Below are positions 1-9,783 of a stretch of DNA of 64,000 bases, in pieces. A program made the position numbers and the translations under genes. The notes under the pieces are model-generated. The model did not search any database, had not been told where the DNA came from, and saw only the letters and a program-made list of their open reading frames with translations. How positions within the stretch are numbered: position 1 is the first letter of the stretch; each line of letters starts with the position of its first letter. The stretch covers positions 193,179-257,178 of IMG/VR virus record IMGVR_UViG_3300011113_000805. The stretch is one strand, 5' to 3'.

Positions 1-114
1 ATATTACGAATCTCGGACTTAAGTTTTGCAATCTCAGGATCAACAGTTGATGATCTTCGAATGTCATCACTGGCAGATTTTATGCTACGCAGTGCTCGAG
101 TTAGCCAGATTTTC

Positions 115-471
115 TCATTCTCTTCCACGAATCTCCTCCTCGGCTTTAATCTTTCTTGTAGCTCTCAGCAATCCTATAGGATCTTCGGTGTCTGGTAAAA
201 ATTCCTCACCTGGATCTTCGTAAGGATTTCGAAAGTAAGTAGAGCGGAGTGAGTATGATGCCTCTGTTAACTCGCGAATTATCTCACGAACTGTGAGTCT
301 TATGATCGACTCCTTAGGACCTTCGATGGCGGCAATCTGGCCTTGCGCCTTCTTCCTCGATGTATGACAATTCGAATGTCTTTTTCCCTTCTTGTCCGTG
401 TAAGAGAGAACGTAGTTGCCACTGTCACCATCTGACTGCTTGCACTTTTGTTTTTTGATCTTGTAGGGCAT
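115..471 (-). CDS. Hypothetical virion-associated protein; basic N-terminus plus internal leader-like motif (IIRLTVREIIRELTE)
   Basis: ORF track; ATACTTA motif just upstream on the minus strand. Confidence 0.6.
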   Translation of the reverse strand: MPYKIKKQKCKQSDGDSGNYVLSYTDKKGKRHSNCHTSRKKAQGQIAAIEGPKESIIRLTVREIIRELTEASYSLRSTYFRNPYEDPGEEFLPDTEDPIGLLRATRKIKAEEEIRGRE

Positions 472-568
472 GAATTTAAGTATGCCTTACGTGGAAGCTT
501 ATTGGTGACTCTTATAGACAAGGAATAGGAAGAAAAGAAGTCAAAACATCGCAGGAATAATTATGCAT

Positions 569-925
569 TTACATCCGCCCCTTGTGATTAGGATTTCCAC
601 CCCATTCGCCAACTTTCTGAGCACCATAAGTGTCCATAGAGATTGTGGTGGTATTACCAATTTGGCATGACTTGCCTTTATTATGTCCTGTGCTGTGTCG
701 CCAAGCTTGCATGTATGCATCTGCTCGCTGTCGATCAGGAAATCGAAGGACTGTGACACCAGCCATCTTGCCTTCACCGGCAGTGACGCCAATGAGGACA
801 GGAGCATGCTCAGTACCAAGTTCCTCTACGCAATCAGGGCACTCGTTAATGCGTCCTCCTACACGCCGCTTATGCGCAGAATCAAGAGAAAACTCAGAGC
901 CGCAGTGCTTACATTCACGAAGCAT
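569..925 (-). CDS. Zn-ribbon hypothetical protein
   Basis: CKHC...CPDC pairs. Confidence 0.6.
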   Translation of the reverse strand: MLRECKHCGSEFSLDSAHKRRVGGRINECPDCVEELGTEHAPVLIGVTAGEGKMAGVTVLRFPDRQRADAYMQAWRHSTGHNKGKSCQIGNTTTISMDTYGAQKVGEWGGNPNHKGRM

Positions 926-928
926 AAA

Positions 929-1141
929 TCACTCATCCCAGTCATAGAGTTCATCGTCAATTTCATTGCGACAGATGAGACGATTCGCCTCTTTTACTCT
1001 GTCCAATTGGACACTTCGAATTCCGCGCCAATCAGAAAGTGACCCACCGGTGGCAAAGTGAAGTTTACGATCATAGCCGCGTTGACGCTTGCTATGCTCA
1101 ATTAGATCGGTAGCATGATTATTTTGATATCGTTTTGACAT
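929..1141 (-). CDS. Hypothetical protein
   Basis: Packed in the minus-strand gene run. Confidence 0.55.
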   Translation of the reverse strand: MSKRYQNNHATDLIEHSKRQRGYDRKLHFATGGSLSDWRGIRSVQLDRVKEANRLICRNEIDDELYDWDE

Positions 1142-1144
1142 GTC

Positions 1145-1375
1145 TCACACCGGAAGTTCGAAGAAATCTTCATACCCGCCGGCAAGAAGACCCTGCTCGA
1201 CCATTTCGGCAAGAAATTCCTGAGTTAGCGTATATGAGTTAGGACCACCAAAGAACGTGGGGAAAATCTCTGCTAGGCGGGACTCTGCATCTTCAACAGT
1301 GAATTCACCACCAAGCTCCTCGGCCATAAGGAGAATTTCATCTTGCATCTGGACATGAATATCAGACATTGACAT
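1145..1375 (-). CDS. Acidic hypothetical protein
   Basis: Packed ORF with GAGG RBS. Confidence 0.6.
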   Translation of the reverse strand: MSMSDIHVQMQDEILLMAEELGGEFTVEDAESRLAEIFPTFFGGPNSYTLTQEFLAEMVEQGLLAGGYEDFFELPV

Positions 1376-1376
1376 G

Positions 1377-1577
1377 TTACACCTCTTTTTCAGTAGGAAC
1401 TAGAATATCGACGTCGACCTGCAATCGACCTTCCTTAAATAGGACTGTCGCCTCTGTCCAATGATCCCTAAAGTCCTCGAAGGCGTCGATGAGGCCTACT
1501 ACCTTTCCAAGGGATCCACTAAGTGGATGACCTGGTAATGAAATGGTGACAGTATCACCAATAGAGATTGCCATCAA
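1377..1577 (-). CDS. Small KOW/SH3-like hypothetical protein
   Basis: IGDTV motif; ATGA overlap with the upstream gene. Confidence 0.55.
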   Translation of the reverse strand: MMAISIGDTVTISLPGHPLSGSLGKVVGLIDAFEDFRDHWTEATVLFKEGRLQVDVDILVPTEKEV

Positions 1578-1801
1578 TTGCTCCGAAGATCAAGGCTTAA
1601 CCAAGTGTCAATCACATTTTCTGAGGCTCGACCATTGATAGCGGCCTGGGCGATAGGAATGTGTTTACAGTTTCGACCAAAAGATCGAAATCCATCACAC
1701 TCGCACTCCCACTCTCGCCGTTGACCACGCCAGTAGCCTACATGATAAACACCGGTGCTACCACGAACAATAACAAGTGCAGTAGGCTCAGATGGAAACA
1801 T
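1574..1801 (-). CDS. SWIM zinc-finger protein
   Basis: WECECDGF...CKHI (CxC-xn-CxH); GGAG RBS; type A promoter upstream. Confidence 0.7.
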   Translation of the reverse strand: MFPSEPTALVIVRGSTGVYHVGYWRGQRREWECECDGFRSFGRNCKHIPIAQAAINGRASENVIDTWLSLDLRSN

Positions 1802-1818
1802 CGTATTCTCCTAATAGG

Positions 1819-1849
1819 AATATAATCCCTTCATAGGAATTTGAACAGG
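1819..1849 (-). promoter_or_regulatory. Type A sigma70-like early promoter (TGTTCA...TATATT)
   Basis: Same motif recurs at about 10711, 20482, 21897, 23352, 28350 and 47653, always just upstream of a minus-strand start. Confidence 0.65.
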
Positions 1850-1873
1850 TCTATGATTAACAAAATTGCAAAA

Positions 1874-2197
1874 TTATACTAGTGGCAGCAGATCACCATC
1901 TTTAATTTCTGCTGTTAGCAACATTCCGTCAATCAAAAGAACGACATAAATCGATTTTCCTGGACGGTACCATCCTGTTGTAGCAGAAACTTTAGGTCTA
2001 TCAAAGATGTCAAACTGATTCGAATTAGTATCTATCAGTAGCACAGGATAACCAATTGGCCATTGACTGCTGCTATCCGTGGTGACCATAGGGCGATTTA
2101 GTGTCACCAATTTTCCTACTAATCGCTTAGTCAGGTGGTCATTATCGCCAAATAGTCTTTCCAAGCAGCTTTTTAGTAGCCCTATTAGTCTTCCCAT
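1874..2197 (-). CDS. Hypothetical protein (SH3-like beta family)
   Basis: Ends VVLLIDG..., as in the 11.3-13.1 kb family. Confidence 0.5.
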   Translation of the reverse strand: MGRLIGLLKSCLERLFGDNDHLTKRLVGKLVTLNRPMVTTDSSSQWPIGYPVLLIDTNSNQFDIFDRPKVSATTGWYRPGKSIYVVLLIDGMLLTAEIKDGDLLPLV

Positions 2198-2334
2198 TCG
2201 GAATGCTCATGCTGAGTGACAGGCGGCCACAGCACAATTCGATCTCCTTCCTGACGTGCAAGTGGCTCATAAAGCCAAGCCTGTTCTGCAACCGCAATAA
2301 GAATTTCAGGATCTAGGTGAGACATTTTTACCTC

Positions 2335-2949
2335 TTAGATGTCATCATCGTTTTTGCTTTCGTGCTGTTCTAGCATCTCCAACATGGAGATCGAGTGCTC
2401 AACAGTTTCAATTGCCCAAGTTTTTTTGGCAATGTTCGTACGATATGATTTTAGGAGTTTTTCAAATTTCTCCATATGCCGCTTATTGAACGCAATCGCC
2501 TTAGGCCATCCACCAACTCCAACACGAGCAAGATGAATCGTGTCATGTGCCCGAGAGCCTAACATTGTTTGTGCGAACATCGTTGCCGTTACAATGTTAG
2601 GTGCAGATACCCAACCAAGCGTCTCAAATAGAGAGACATTTTCAGTCGTATCTACTGGATACGAATTGCCGGCAATGTGCGGATACTTTTCGTTACGGGA
2701 AGCTACGTACATATCCCATGTAACCTTCCACACTGAATTAGGAATATAGTCATGGGGGTCAGGCTTAAGTGTATTACAAACCTGTTTCCAAATAACGTTA
2801 ACCCGACGTGTAATGCCAGTTGGCTGCAATGTTGGCCAACATTTTTCAGCCTGAGCTTTTACAATATCTTTGCTGATTAGGTTATTCTCGTGCAACTCAG
2901 CATAGCTGACTGGTCGCTTCTTCAGGATTTTTTCAAGAATGTTTTCCAT
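2335..2949 (-). CDS. Hypothetical protein
   Basis: 204-aa ORF with AGG RBS. Confidence 0.6.
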   Translation of the reverse strand: MENILEKILKKRPVSYAELHENNLISKDIVKAQAEKCWPTLQPTGITRRVNVIWKQVCNTLKPDPHDYIPNSVWKVTWDMYVASRNEKYPHIAGNSYPVDTTENVSLFETLGWVSAPNIVTATMFAQTMLGSRAHDTIHLARVGVGGWPKAIAFNKRHMEKFEKLLKSYRTNIAKKTWAIETVEHSISMLEMLEQHESKNDDDI

Positions 2950-3145
2950 TATTACACCTATTTACTACCAAAGAAAGCTGTTATCGGCAAAACTAGAAAC
3001 AATCCTACCATCCACCAAAAAATCATACTAGTTTCATTAACAGGGCTATTCAACATATCGATGATATGTTTCATCATCATGATGATCTCCATAATGATCT
3101 ATTATTATGGTTTTTGACAGCTGAACACTAGTTTTTGTCAAATAC

Positions 3146-3421
3146 TTACAAAATTTTTAGACCATCAGGTTTCATACGAAAGTTACGAACATATCCACCT
3201 GATAAAACTTCGAAACTTAGTAAGTCATCATGCGGGCTACATATTTGAGTCCCTGCCGCTAAACCACCAGCTCTCCAATCGCAGCATTTTAGAACTATGA
3301 CAGTAGTTCCTGCAGAAATGACTATTTCTGCAGAGCCATATAGGTGTACATCATACAGAATACTAAATACTTCACCCCTCTTAGAGTTGAAGTATTGAAT
3401 CCATTCCGTGTTTGTTCTCAT
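3146..3421 (-). CDS. Hypothetical protein
   Basis: ORF track. Confidence 0.5.
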   Translation of the reverse strand: MRTNTEWIQYFNSKRGEVFSILYDVHLYGSAEIVISAGTTVIVLKCCDWRAGGLAAGTQICSPHDDLLSFEVLSGGYVRNFRMKPDGLKIL

Positions 3422-3458
3422 AATTCATTATACATGAGAAACCAGAGATTGATAAGTG

Positions 3459-4844
3459 TTAGTGGCCCATTAAGTGACGCAAAAGTGTTTGCGTCTCTAT
3501 GGCGAGATTTTTGCGAAGTTGTTTTGATTCATTAACGACTATAACTTTTGAAAAGTTCTTTCCTTTATGCCACTGAACATACTTGTTGTCTGTGAATCGA
3601 AGCTCGACCCTTAGCACGTCTTCAAAAAGACCATTAGAATTTTGCAGATCTACAAAATAAGCTATACCAAAATTTTTCCCTTCACGTAAAATGACTTTTG
3701 AAGAGTCATTTCCATCAGGAAGGGTTACATTTGGAATATTCTTTCTGTTAAATTGCACAATTGCATACGAAGCAGCACCATCGATAATTCCAAGCCATTC
3801 ACGTGCCTCAAAAAGGAGTGAATTTTCCCAATCCGGATTTTGAGCCATCTTTTCATGCACGGTCACCAATGAAGGTTCAATAGGTGCTCTTCCTTTGATT
3901 GGGTTCTTGTCTCTTCTCCAAGTAATACCGGTATCAGGTTCACGTGAGACAGATTTGAAAATTTCACTCGAGGACTTCAGGCCATTGTTGATTTTCAATC
4001 GAGAACCACCCAATCTTTTTGTGTCACCCCACTTGACAGAAATGTCAACCTTTTCTCCATTTGAAAGAATTGCAATCATGTCAACAACACCACTTCCACC
4101 AGCAGGTGGATTTCCTGTGACATTTGCACCCTCAAGTGCACCTAAATTGCTGGTTAAATTACTTGTCATGACTCTAATTGCATTAATGAAAATTTCACGA
4201 TCATTAATTCTAGAGTTTGCCCATGCATCGGAAATACGTGTATCTTTAACAAAAAGTTTCTCATCTTCCAAAGATGATGAAACAAATTCATCAAATCCTT
4301 CATTACGACCTGTGGGGGTTTGCTCACCACCTAAAGAAAACCAAACCGCCCACTCAGCGGCATATCCCATCATTTTGTCGCTGGTTAGTGTGCTTTTCCC
4401 ACCTTTTCCTAAGATTGGAATAAATGGTACAACATACATTCCTGATGTCAAATCAGGATGTTGTGTGATCGTGATAAGAAGAGACTCATATTTTCCAGAT
4501 CCTACACCAGATTTTGGCGCAGGATTAGTTCCATCCCATTTTTGAATCTCGATTCCTGGGTTTTTTGCAGCATCTTTAAGGCCGGAAAAAGTCTCTTCGA
4601 ATGTATCCCATGCTGAGACTTTTCCTATTTGAACCGGTGATCCAGGACTAAGGTCTGTCTGTAGTCTTCCTCTATTTGCTGTAACAGGAACGACAATGCC
4701 ACCTGAAAGTTCTGATAGTTTTAATACCACCTCTCTGTGTTGCTTGGTTCCTTCAGCATAAACTTTAAAGCCCTGACTATTGGGGTTTATTGAAGACTCA
4801 TTAAGCTGCTTTAAAAGGATCCGGCAAAGCTCGATTTCTTTCAT
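3459..4844 (-). CDS. Putative PD-(D/E)XK nuclease-like protein with leader motif
   Basis: VDMIA...VDISVKWG; N-terminal LCRILLKQLNE. Confidence 0.4.
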   Translation of the reverse strand: MKEIELCRILLKQLNESSINPNSQGFKVYAEGTKQHREVVLKLSELSGGIVVPVTANRGRLQTDLSPGSPVQIGKVSAWDTFEETFSGLKDAAKNPGIEIQKWDGTNPAPKSGVGSGKYESLLITITQHPDLTSGMYVVPFIPILGKGGKSTLTSDKMMGYAAEWAVWFSLGGEQTPTGRNEGFDEFVSSSLEDEKLFVKDTRISDAWANSRINDREIFINAIRVMTSNLTSNLGALEGANVTGNPPAGGSGVVDMIAILSNGEKVDISVKWGDTKRLGGSRLKINNGLKSSSEIFKSVSREPDTGITWRRDKNPIKGRAPIEPSLVTVHEKMAQNPDWENSLLFEAREWLGIIDGAASYAIVQFNRKNIPNVTLPDGNDSSKVILREGKNFGIAYFVDLQNSNGLFEDVLRVELRFTDNKYVQWHKGKNFSKVIVVNESKQLRKNLAIETQTLLRHLMGH

Positions 4845-4915
4845 CTTGTTATCCTAACATATTTGCTAATTATGCATTACCGTAACATACAACAAGCGTG
4901 CACCTTAAAATGATC

Positions 4916-5019
4916 TTCCTGTTGTTCCTGATTAAATCATGTGATATCAGGAACAACAGGAAATAGGTATATCCATTGCTTTGCCACAATTCCCTGATAA
5001 CAACGTTGTTATCAGGGAA
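4916..5019. repeat. 17-bp inverted repeat followed by a 30-bp perfect palindrome
   Basis: 4916-4932 pairs with 4946-4962; ttccctgataacaac|gttgttatcagggaa at 4990-5019. Confidence 0.85.
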
Positions 5020-5021
5020 CC

Positions 5022-5399
5022 TTATCTGTCGTTTCGTCTTGCTGCCTTATATGCTTGACGTGCAGCAGTCTGCAATGATTCTGCATAACCATCATCAGAT
5101 CCGCCATAAACATCGTCAATTAGAACCCACCCAAACTTCCATGGCTTGCTGGCAGAATCCATTCTTGCTTCATCTGCATATGCATTGTCACCATTAATGT
5201 CAAACACAACTGCAGTTGAGTCCAATCCAATTTGATTAAAATCTATTCTCCACACTTTGTCATCAGTGCTATCATATTCCAGGGTTACTTCACCGATGTT
5301 TGGAATATGAACCCTTGTATCTGCGCTCTCTAATACTAATCTCTTTATTTCATTACGCACAATTTCACGAATCTTTGACTCACTAATGAGAACAGACAT
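5022..5399 (-). CDS. Leader-bearing hypothetical protein
   Basis: ISESKIREIVRNEIKRLVLE. Confidence 0.7.
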   Translation of the reverse strand: MSVLISESKIREIVRNEIKRLVLESADTRVHIPNIGEVTLEYDSTDDKVWRIDFNQIGLDSTAVVFDINGDNAYADEARMDSASKPWKFGWVLIDDVYGGSDDGYAESLQTAARQAYKAARRNDR

Positions 5400-5427
5400 T
5401 TTATGTCTCCTTTCATGCTATATAGAC

Positions 5428-6714
5428 TTAACAAGCCTTAATTTCTTCACGAATAAGCAACCGAAGAAGATTCACGGCATTTCGACCCTCAGCAACAGGA
5501 GGCGGTTTTGAGCTTCCTTTACCGTACTTAAAGATCCCTAGGATCATGTTTGCTGCCGCAAAGCTTCCTGTGAATTTATAAGCATTTCCCTTATAAATAA
5601 AGACAACTCCCTCCACAGGTGTTGTCACGTTATCAACAGATCCTAACTTTTCAAGTTGAGACTGAAGAAAACTCATCGATCCAGCATCACCGGCTGCTCT
5701 AATATTTGCGATTGCATTACTGACTTCCTGCCGAAGACGAACAACCTCAGCGTCATTGTCATTGATAAGAGTAGACTTAAGTCCTCTTAGAAGTTCAACA
5801 GCAAATTCATTGATTGCTAATTCAATAGGCCTAACACAGGCCTTAAGAATCTTTGGTGACTCCTTGACAAAATTATTGACTCTTGTATAAACCTCAGGTG
5901 TCAAATTTTTCTTGATATCCGCCAAAGAAGGAGCACCTGGCATCTTTACACAACGTGCAATCACCATTTCTTCCATTCGTGGTTGCAGTGCCAATTGACC
6001 AATCTCGCGCTTAATGCAAGCAGCTAAATATTGTGCCATGGTTGCTGAGTCATCTAATCCTGTAGAAGACAGTGATTGATCAATTACCGATGTTACCCTA
6101 TCTAGGATCCTACCATCAGAGATGGCACGAAGCCTGGCAATTGCAGGTCCCTTTACCTGCCAAGATTTATCAGATACTGTGTCCTGCATCTGATTTACAT
6201 AGCCATCAAGAATATCAACACTTCCATCAGCATCCGGGCCTGCCTCTACTTCACCACCGGAAACATTAAAAACAGGCCAACCGTGAAAGACCAAGGTGTT
6301 CTTGTCATAGTTAATGACATTAGGATTTTTCGTGTAAATGACTTCCATAGAGAACCATCGATCTCCGGATGGGCCAAAAATTCTCGTCCGTTTCTCAGGT
6401 GGGATTACACGAAGTGCCTTGGAAAGAATGCTGAATGCTGAGTCGAAAGCATCCTTAATATTGCCACGACCTTCAAATTTTGCTGCCAATTCCTCAGCAT
6501 TCATTCCGCCACGTTTAATGTCACCACCCGCTCGAGCAACTTTCACATTGCCTTGCTGCTCATCCCAGGTGAAAACAAGGTTCATGCCATCAAGCTTTTC
6601 TGTTGCAGATGTCAGTTTTCCTGACGCAGCGGCAGACAGAATGTCTTTCATCTCCCAAAAGTGAAGATCAGGATTATCATACAAATGCATCAAGTGACCA
6701 ACTGCACCGCCCAT
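5428..6714 (-). CDS. ATP-dependent ligase-superfamily (RNA ligase-like) nucleotidyltransferase
   Basis: Motif I TEKLDG, motif IV EGVVF, motif V YKFTG; C-terminal LLRLLIREE. Confidence 0.6.
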   Translation of the reverse strand: MGGAVGHLMHLYDNPDLHFWEMKDILSAAASGKLTSATEKLDGMNLVFTWDEQQGNVKVARAGGDIKRGGMNAEELAAKFEGRGNIKDAFDSAFSILSKALRVIPPEKRTRIFGPSGDRWFSMEVIYTKNPNVINYDKNTLVFHGWPVFNVSGGEVEAGPDADGSVDILDGYVNQMQDTVSDKSWQVKGPAIARLRAISDGRILDRVTSVIDQSLSSTGLDDSATMAQYLAACIKREIGQLALQPRMEEMVIARCVKMPGAPSLADIKKNLTPEVYTRVNNFVKESPKILKACVRPIELAINEFAVELLRGLKSTLINDNDAEVVRLRQEVSNAIANIRAAGDAGSMSFLQSQLEKLGSVDNVTTPVEGVVFIYKGNAYKFTGSFAAANMILGIFKYGKGSSKPPPVAEGRNAVNLLRLLIREEIKAC

Positions 6715-6763
6715 TTACCTTTACCCTCCAAAATTATATCACGTGATTTACAAATTTCAATAC

Positions 6764-7264
6764 TTAATTTTTCTGCTTAACCAACTGAGTTCCACCATAA
6801 TTTTTCTTGAGCCAATTATTTAACTGCACATCAGCGTCAGGTAAAGTGGCATCATCAGGAAGTGATTCAATATCTTTGCCAAGGTCAATGAGAAACTTGT
6901 CCTCAACACCGTTGTCTAAGATATCAGAAACATCTGGATCAATTGTAAGAAAGTCCCAAAGCGGACTAGATTCTTTCTCTTTTGGTTTTAGATTTTTTAC
7001 AATATCAAGGAGATCCTTAATTTCTGCACCGGCTTCAATTGCATCACTTACAAATGAGGCACCTGGGATAAGAGATAGGGCACCTTTAAGACCTAGAACA
7101 CCTAACTTTTTTGCCGCATGGGCACCGGTATCTTTAAGTTTCTTACCTCTAGCGGCACGAAGCTGATTGCGAAGTTCTCCCACTTGGATGTCTTCCTGCA
7201 TTATTCGCAAAGCTTCATCACGAATTACCTTACGTAGAGCTGCCTCTGTGATTCTCATAGTCAT
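6764..7264 (-). CDS. Leader-bearing hypothetical protein
   Basis: MRITEAALRKVIRDE. Confidence 0.7.
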   Translation of the reverse strand: MTMRITEAALRKVIRDEALRIMQEDIQVGELRNQLRAARGKKLKDTGAHAAKKLGVLGLKGALSLIPGASFVSDAIEAGAEIKDLLDIVKNLKPKEKESSPLWDFLTIDPDVSDILDNGVEDKFLIDLGKDIESLPDDATLPDADVQLNNWLKKNYGGTQLVKQKN

Positions 7265-7881
7265 AACCCCTTTGGCATGTCGCTGCCGGCCTTAATCATT
7301 CCAAGATCCCTTAGCTTAATTATGACCGAGGGATTGTTTTTTAAGTATCGTTTGGAGAGAGGCGAATCTTCCCAGGCAACATCAGCATCGTATTCAGCTG
7401 AATCTTGCTGACAGTTATCTTCATCGGTATCAGGTGTCAGCTCATTTTGTAAGTTGTCAAGCTGACGCTTTTCGATATCACTCCTGCCGGCATATTTTTG
7501 CCAGACATGACGAGCTCTTTGTGACACTTCAGCCCGGTCTGACATGAGACCACCACCCTCAAGTGTCGCAATCTCCATTGCAATGTCGTAGAGGAGAGGA
7601 CCAAGTTTAGGAATCTCCGAGAGTGACCAAGTGACTTCCCAGGCATCATTGCACACACCCTGCTTCTTAGTAGTTTTAGCAATGTTTATGATGGCTTGGC
7701 TGTATGTGCCATGAGTTTTCATGTTGGCTATGATTGACCATTGTGGACGGGAACTAGTGCCAGATGATTTCATTATTCTAAACTCGATACCCATTTCCTG
7801 AGCTAGCTCAGGTGTCACAGCGGTCTCTCGAAGGAGCTCACGTCTTACCATGCGGCGAAGTCTTGTCTCTGTGATTCTCAT
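7261..7881 (-). CDS. Leader-bearing GNAT-like protein (paralog family G)
   Basis: Start moved to MRITETRLRR; KLGPLLYDIAME and LMSDR..VS..A..VW motifs. Confidence 0.6.
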   Translation of the reverse strand: MRITETRLRRMVRRELLRETAVTPELAQEMGIEFRIMKSSGTSSRPQWSIIANMKTHGTYSQAIINIAKTTKKQGVCNDAWEVTWSLSEIPKLGPLLYDIAMEIATLEGGGLMSDRAEVSQRARHVWQKYAGRSDIEKRQLDNLQNELTPDTDEDNCQQDSAEYDADVAWEDSPLSKRYLKNNPSVIIKLRDLGMIKAGSDMPKGL

Positions 7882-8027
7882 ATGACGAAATCTTCCCCTG
7901 CAGCTTGTATGTATGCCAGGTGAGATAAAACGTGTAATGAAAATTGACAATGGGGGATTATAATCCCCCACGTCATAAATCAGAGACTTAGGCTTGTATG
8001 CTTTGTCCCGTTATGAGCTCTTGTGCC

Positions 8028-8282
8028 TCAAAGATATTCCGGGCCGGCGACATCATTGAGGTAACCCTCACACCATCCACGGACTTCATCCTGCATCATG
8101 GCACAAGCATCTTCAGGATCGATCCCTGCCATTGTCATCTGATCCATGTATTCTTCCATTGCATTGGACAGTGCCTCAGTCGCGGCTGCCTGGGATTCAT
8201 TGAGCCGACGTCCTCTCCGGAACTTTCCTGCTTCTTCACGAACAATACGACGAAGTGTCGCCTCAGTAAGCTTAACGGCCAT
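8028..8282 (-). CDS. Leader-bearing hypothetical protein
   Basis: VKLTEATLRRIVREE; GGAG RBS. Confidence 0.7.
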   Translation of the reverse strand: MAVKLTEATLRRIVREEAGKFRRGRRLNESQAAATEALSNAMEEYMDQMTMAGIDPEDACAMMQDEVRGWCEGYLNDVAGPEYL

Positions 8283-8442
8283 TGTATCTCCTTTGGGGGT
8301 CTATATGTTGCCCCAGTTTCTATCTATGCAGCACCCGTAGGAAAGGGCTCAAAAGACCCAAAACTATCCGAGCGCTTGTTGCAAGTGGTGCTTAACAGCT
8401 ACAGCACCTACTCACGTCTGCTCGGATAGTTGATCCCTATCG

Positions 8443-9042
8443 TCAAATCCCGGGTGGCATATCACTGTCGGCAGTGAGCTGACCAGAATTTTTGAGCTGG
8501 ATTAATGCAGAGGGACTCCTTATTATGTATCGGTACCGGTATATACTATCCTTCTCCCAAGGATTGTTCTTGAGCGTGATCTTTTGGGCACCACTTTCAC
8601 CACTCATAAACAGACGCCAAAGATCCTCATCATAGACATCATCGGCATATAAGCCGTGTTCCGCAACGGCTCCTTTACCTACAAGCGATGCAATTTCGAT
8701 TCCAAGCGTCCAGAGGAAGACCCTTAGAGAATGTGGTGCATCGTCATATCCCATGCTCCTAATCTCCCAGGCACCATCAAGGCCCGCAGTATCTGCACTA
8801 CTGTTATCGATAATGATACCGGCTACCATATGAGCACCTAGATGATCGGCGCGCGGGGTCCCGTTGTATACCCTCACGTCATAGTATCCCGGCCACTTTG
8901 TAAAATATTTGATTCGGAATATGTAATTACCCGGCACACCCGCCCCGGTTGTGCTGCCACCTGGCAGCTGCTCGCCTGCCTCTCGAAGGATTTCGCTTCT
9001 TACCATACGACGAAGTACTGCCTCAGTAAGTTTAACTGTCAT
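8443..9042 (-). CDS. Leader-bearing divergent family G (GNAT-like) protein
   Basis: KLTEAVLRRMVRSEILRE; AWEI and C-terminal SDMP shared with 7261..7881. Confidence 0.55.
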   Translation of the reverse strand: MTVKLTEAVLRRMVRSEILREAGEQLPGGSTTGAGVPGNYIFRIKYFTKWPGYYDVRVYNGTPRADHLGAHMVAGIIIDNSSADTAGLDGAWEIRSMGYDDAPHSLRVFLWTLGIEIASLVGKGAVAEHGLYADDVYDEDLWRLFMSGESGAQKITLKNNPWEKDSIYRYRYIIRSPSALIQLKNSGQLTADSDMPPGI

Positions 9043-9133
9043 TTTGCCTCCCTTAAGGGCCCATATGTTGGCCTAGTCTTATATCTATGCAGTCACCGGC
9101 TGTGGTGATCCCAAAAGACCCAAAACTACATTG

Positions 9134-9451
9134 TCACCACGTGCCTTGCCTGGGCATCCACTGATCAATGAATCCGTGCTCGTCGATATCAAGACTAGGA
9201 TGATTTTGTACGGCTTTGATTACGTCATGTGGAGAAACTTTCTTTCCGATTTTCGGAGTCAGAAAATCTGCCATACTTTCAGGAGTCCATGGACCAGGAT
9301 CCCCTTCCATTAATTCGTCTAGAATCATTCCACCAATTTCACCGGTGAATGTGTCATATCCTTCATTACCATATGATGGATCAGCATATGCCTCCTTTAG
9401 AATTTCCTGCCTAACAATCTTTCTTAGATGTGACTCTGTGATTCTCGTCAT
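9134..9451 (-). CDS. Leader-bearing hypothetical protein
   Basis: RITESHLRKIVRQEILKE. Confidence 0.7.
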   Translation of the reverse strand: MTRITESHLRKIVRQEILKEAYADPSYGNEGYDTFTGEIGGMILDELMEGDPGPWTPESMADFLTPKIGKKVSPHDVIKAVQNHPSLDIDEHGFIDQWMPRQGTW

Positions 9452-9783
9452 GCCTCCTTTACTACTAGTGGATCAGCAGAAGTGCCCCAGCAAAAGAGCC
9501 CCTTATGGTAATAAGCTTCCCATTGTTCCCCATTCTCGCTGTCGCGGAACAATAGAACTGTCTGCTGGGCTGGAACGCCTATCCTGGCTTCCTCACCAGA
9601 TTCAGTGAACCAGCCAACAAATTCGTTAACTCCCGTCATTCCTGAGACATGGTATTTGTTTCCAATCTCCAGGTGCACAAAATTCCGTGTGTTGACTTCT
9701 TCTTCCACTTCACCTGTTGATTCATGCAGCTTTCGAATCTCGTTGCGTACGATTCTACGAAGTTGTGACTCTGTGATTCTCAT
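9448..9783 (-). CDS. Leader-bearing hypothetical protein
   Basis: MRITESQLRRIVRNEI. Confidence 0.7.
   Translation of the reverse strand: MRITESQLRRIVRNEIRKLHESTGEVEEEVNTRNFVHLEIGNKYHVSGMTGVNEFVGWFTESGEEARIGVPAQQTVLLFRDSENGEQWEAYYHKGLFCWGTSADPLVVKEA

Noticed and set aside
2890-3117. Plus-strand hydrophobic ORF
   Set aside because: Low-complexity ATC/ATG-rich intergenic DNA with no RBS
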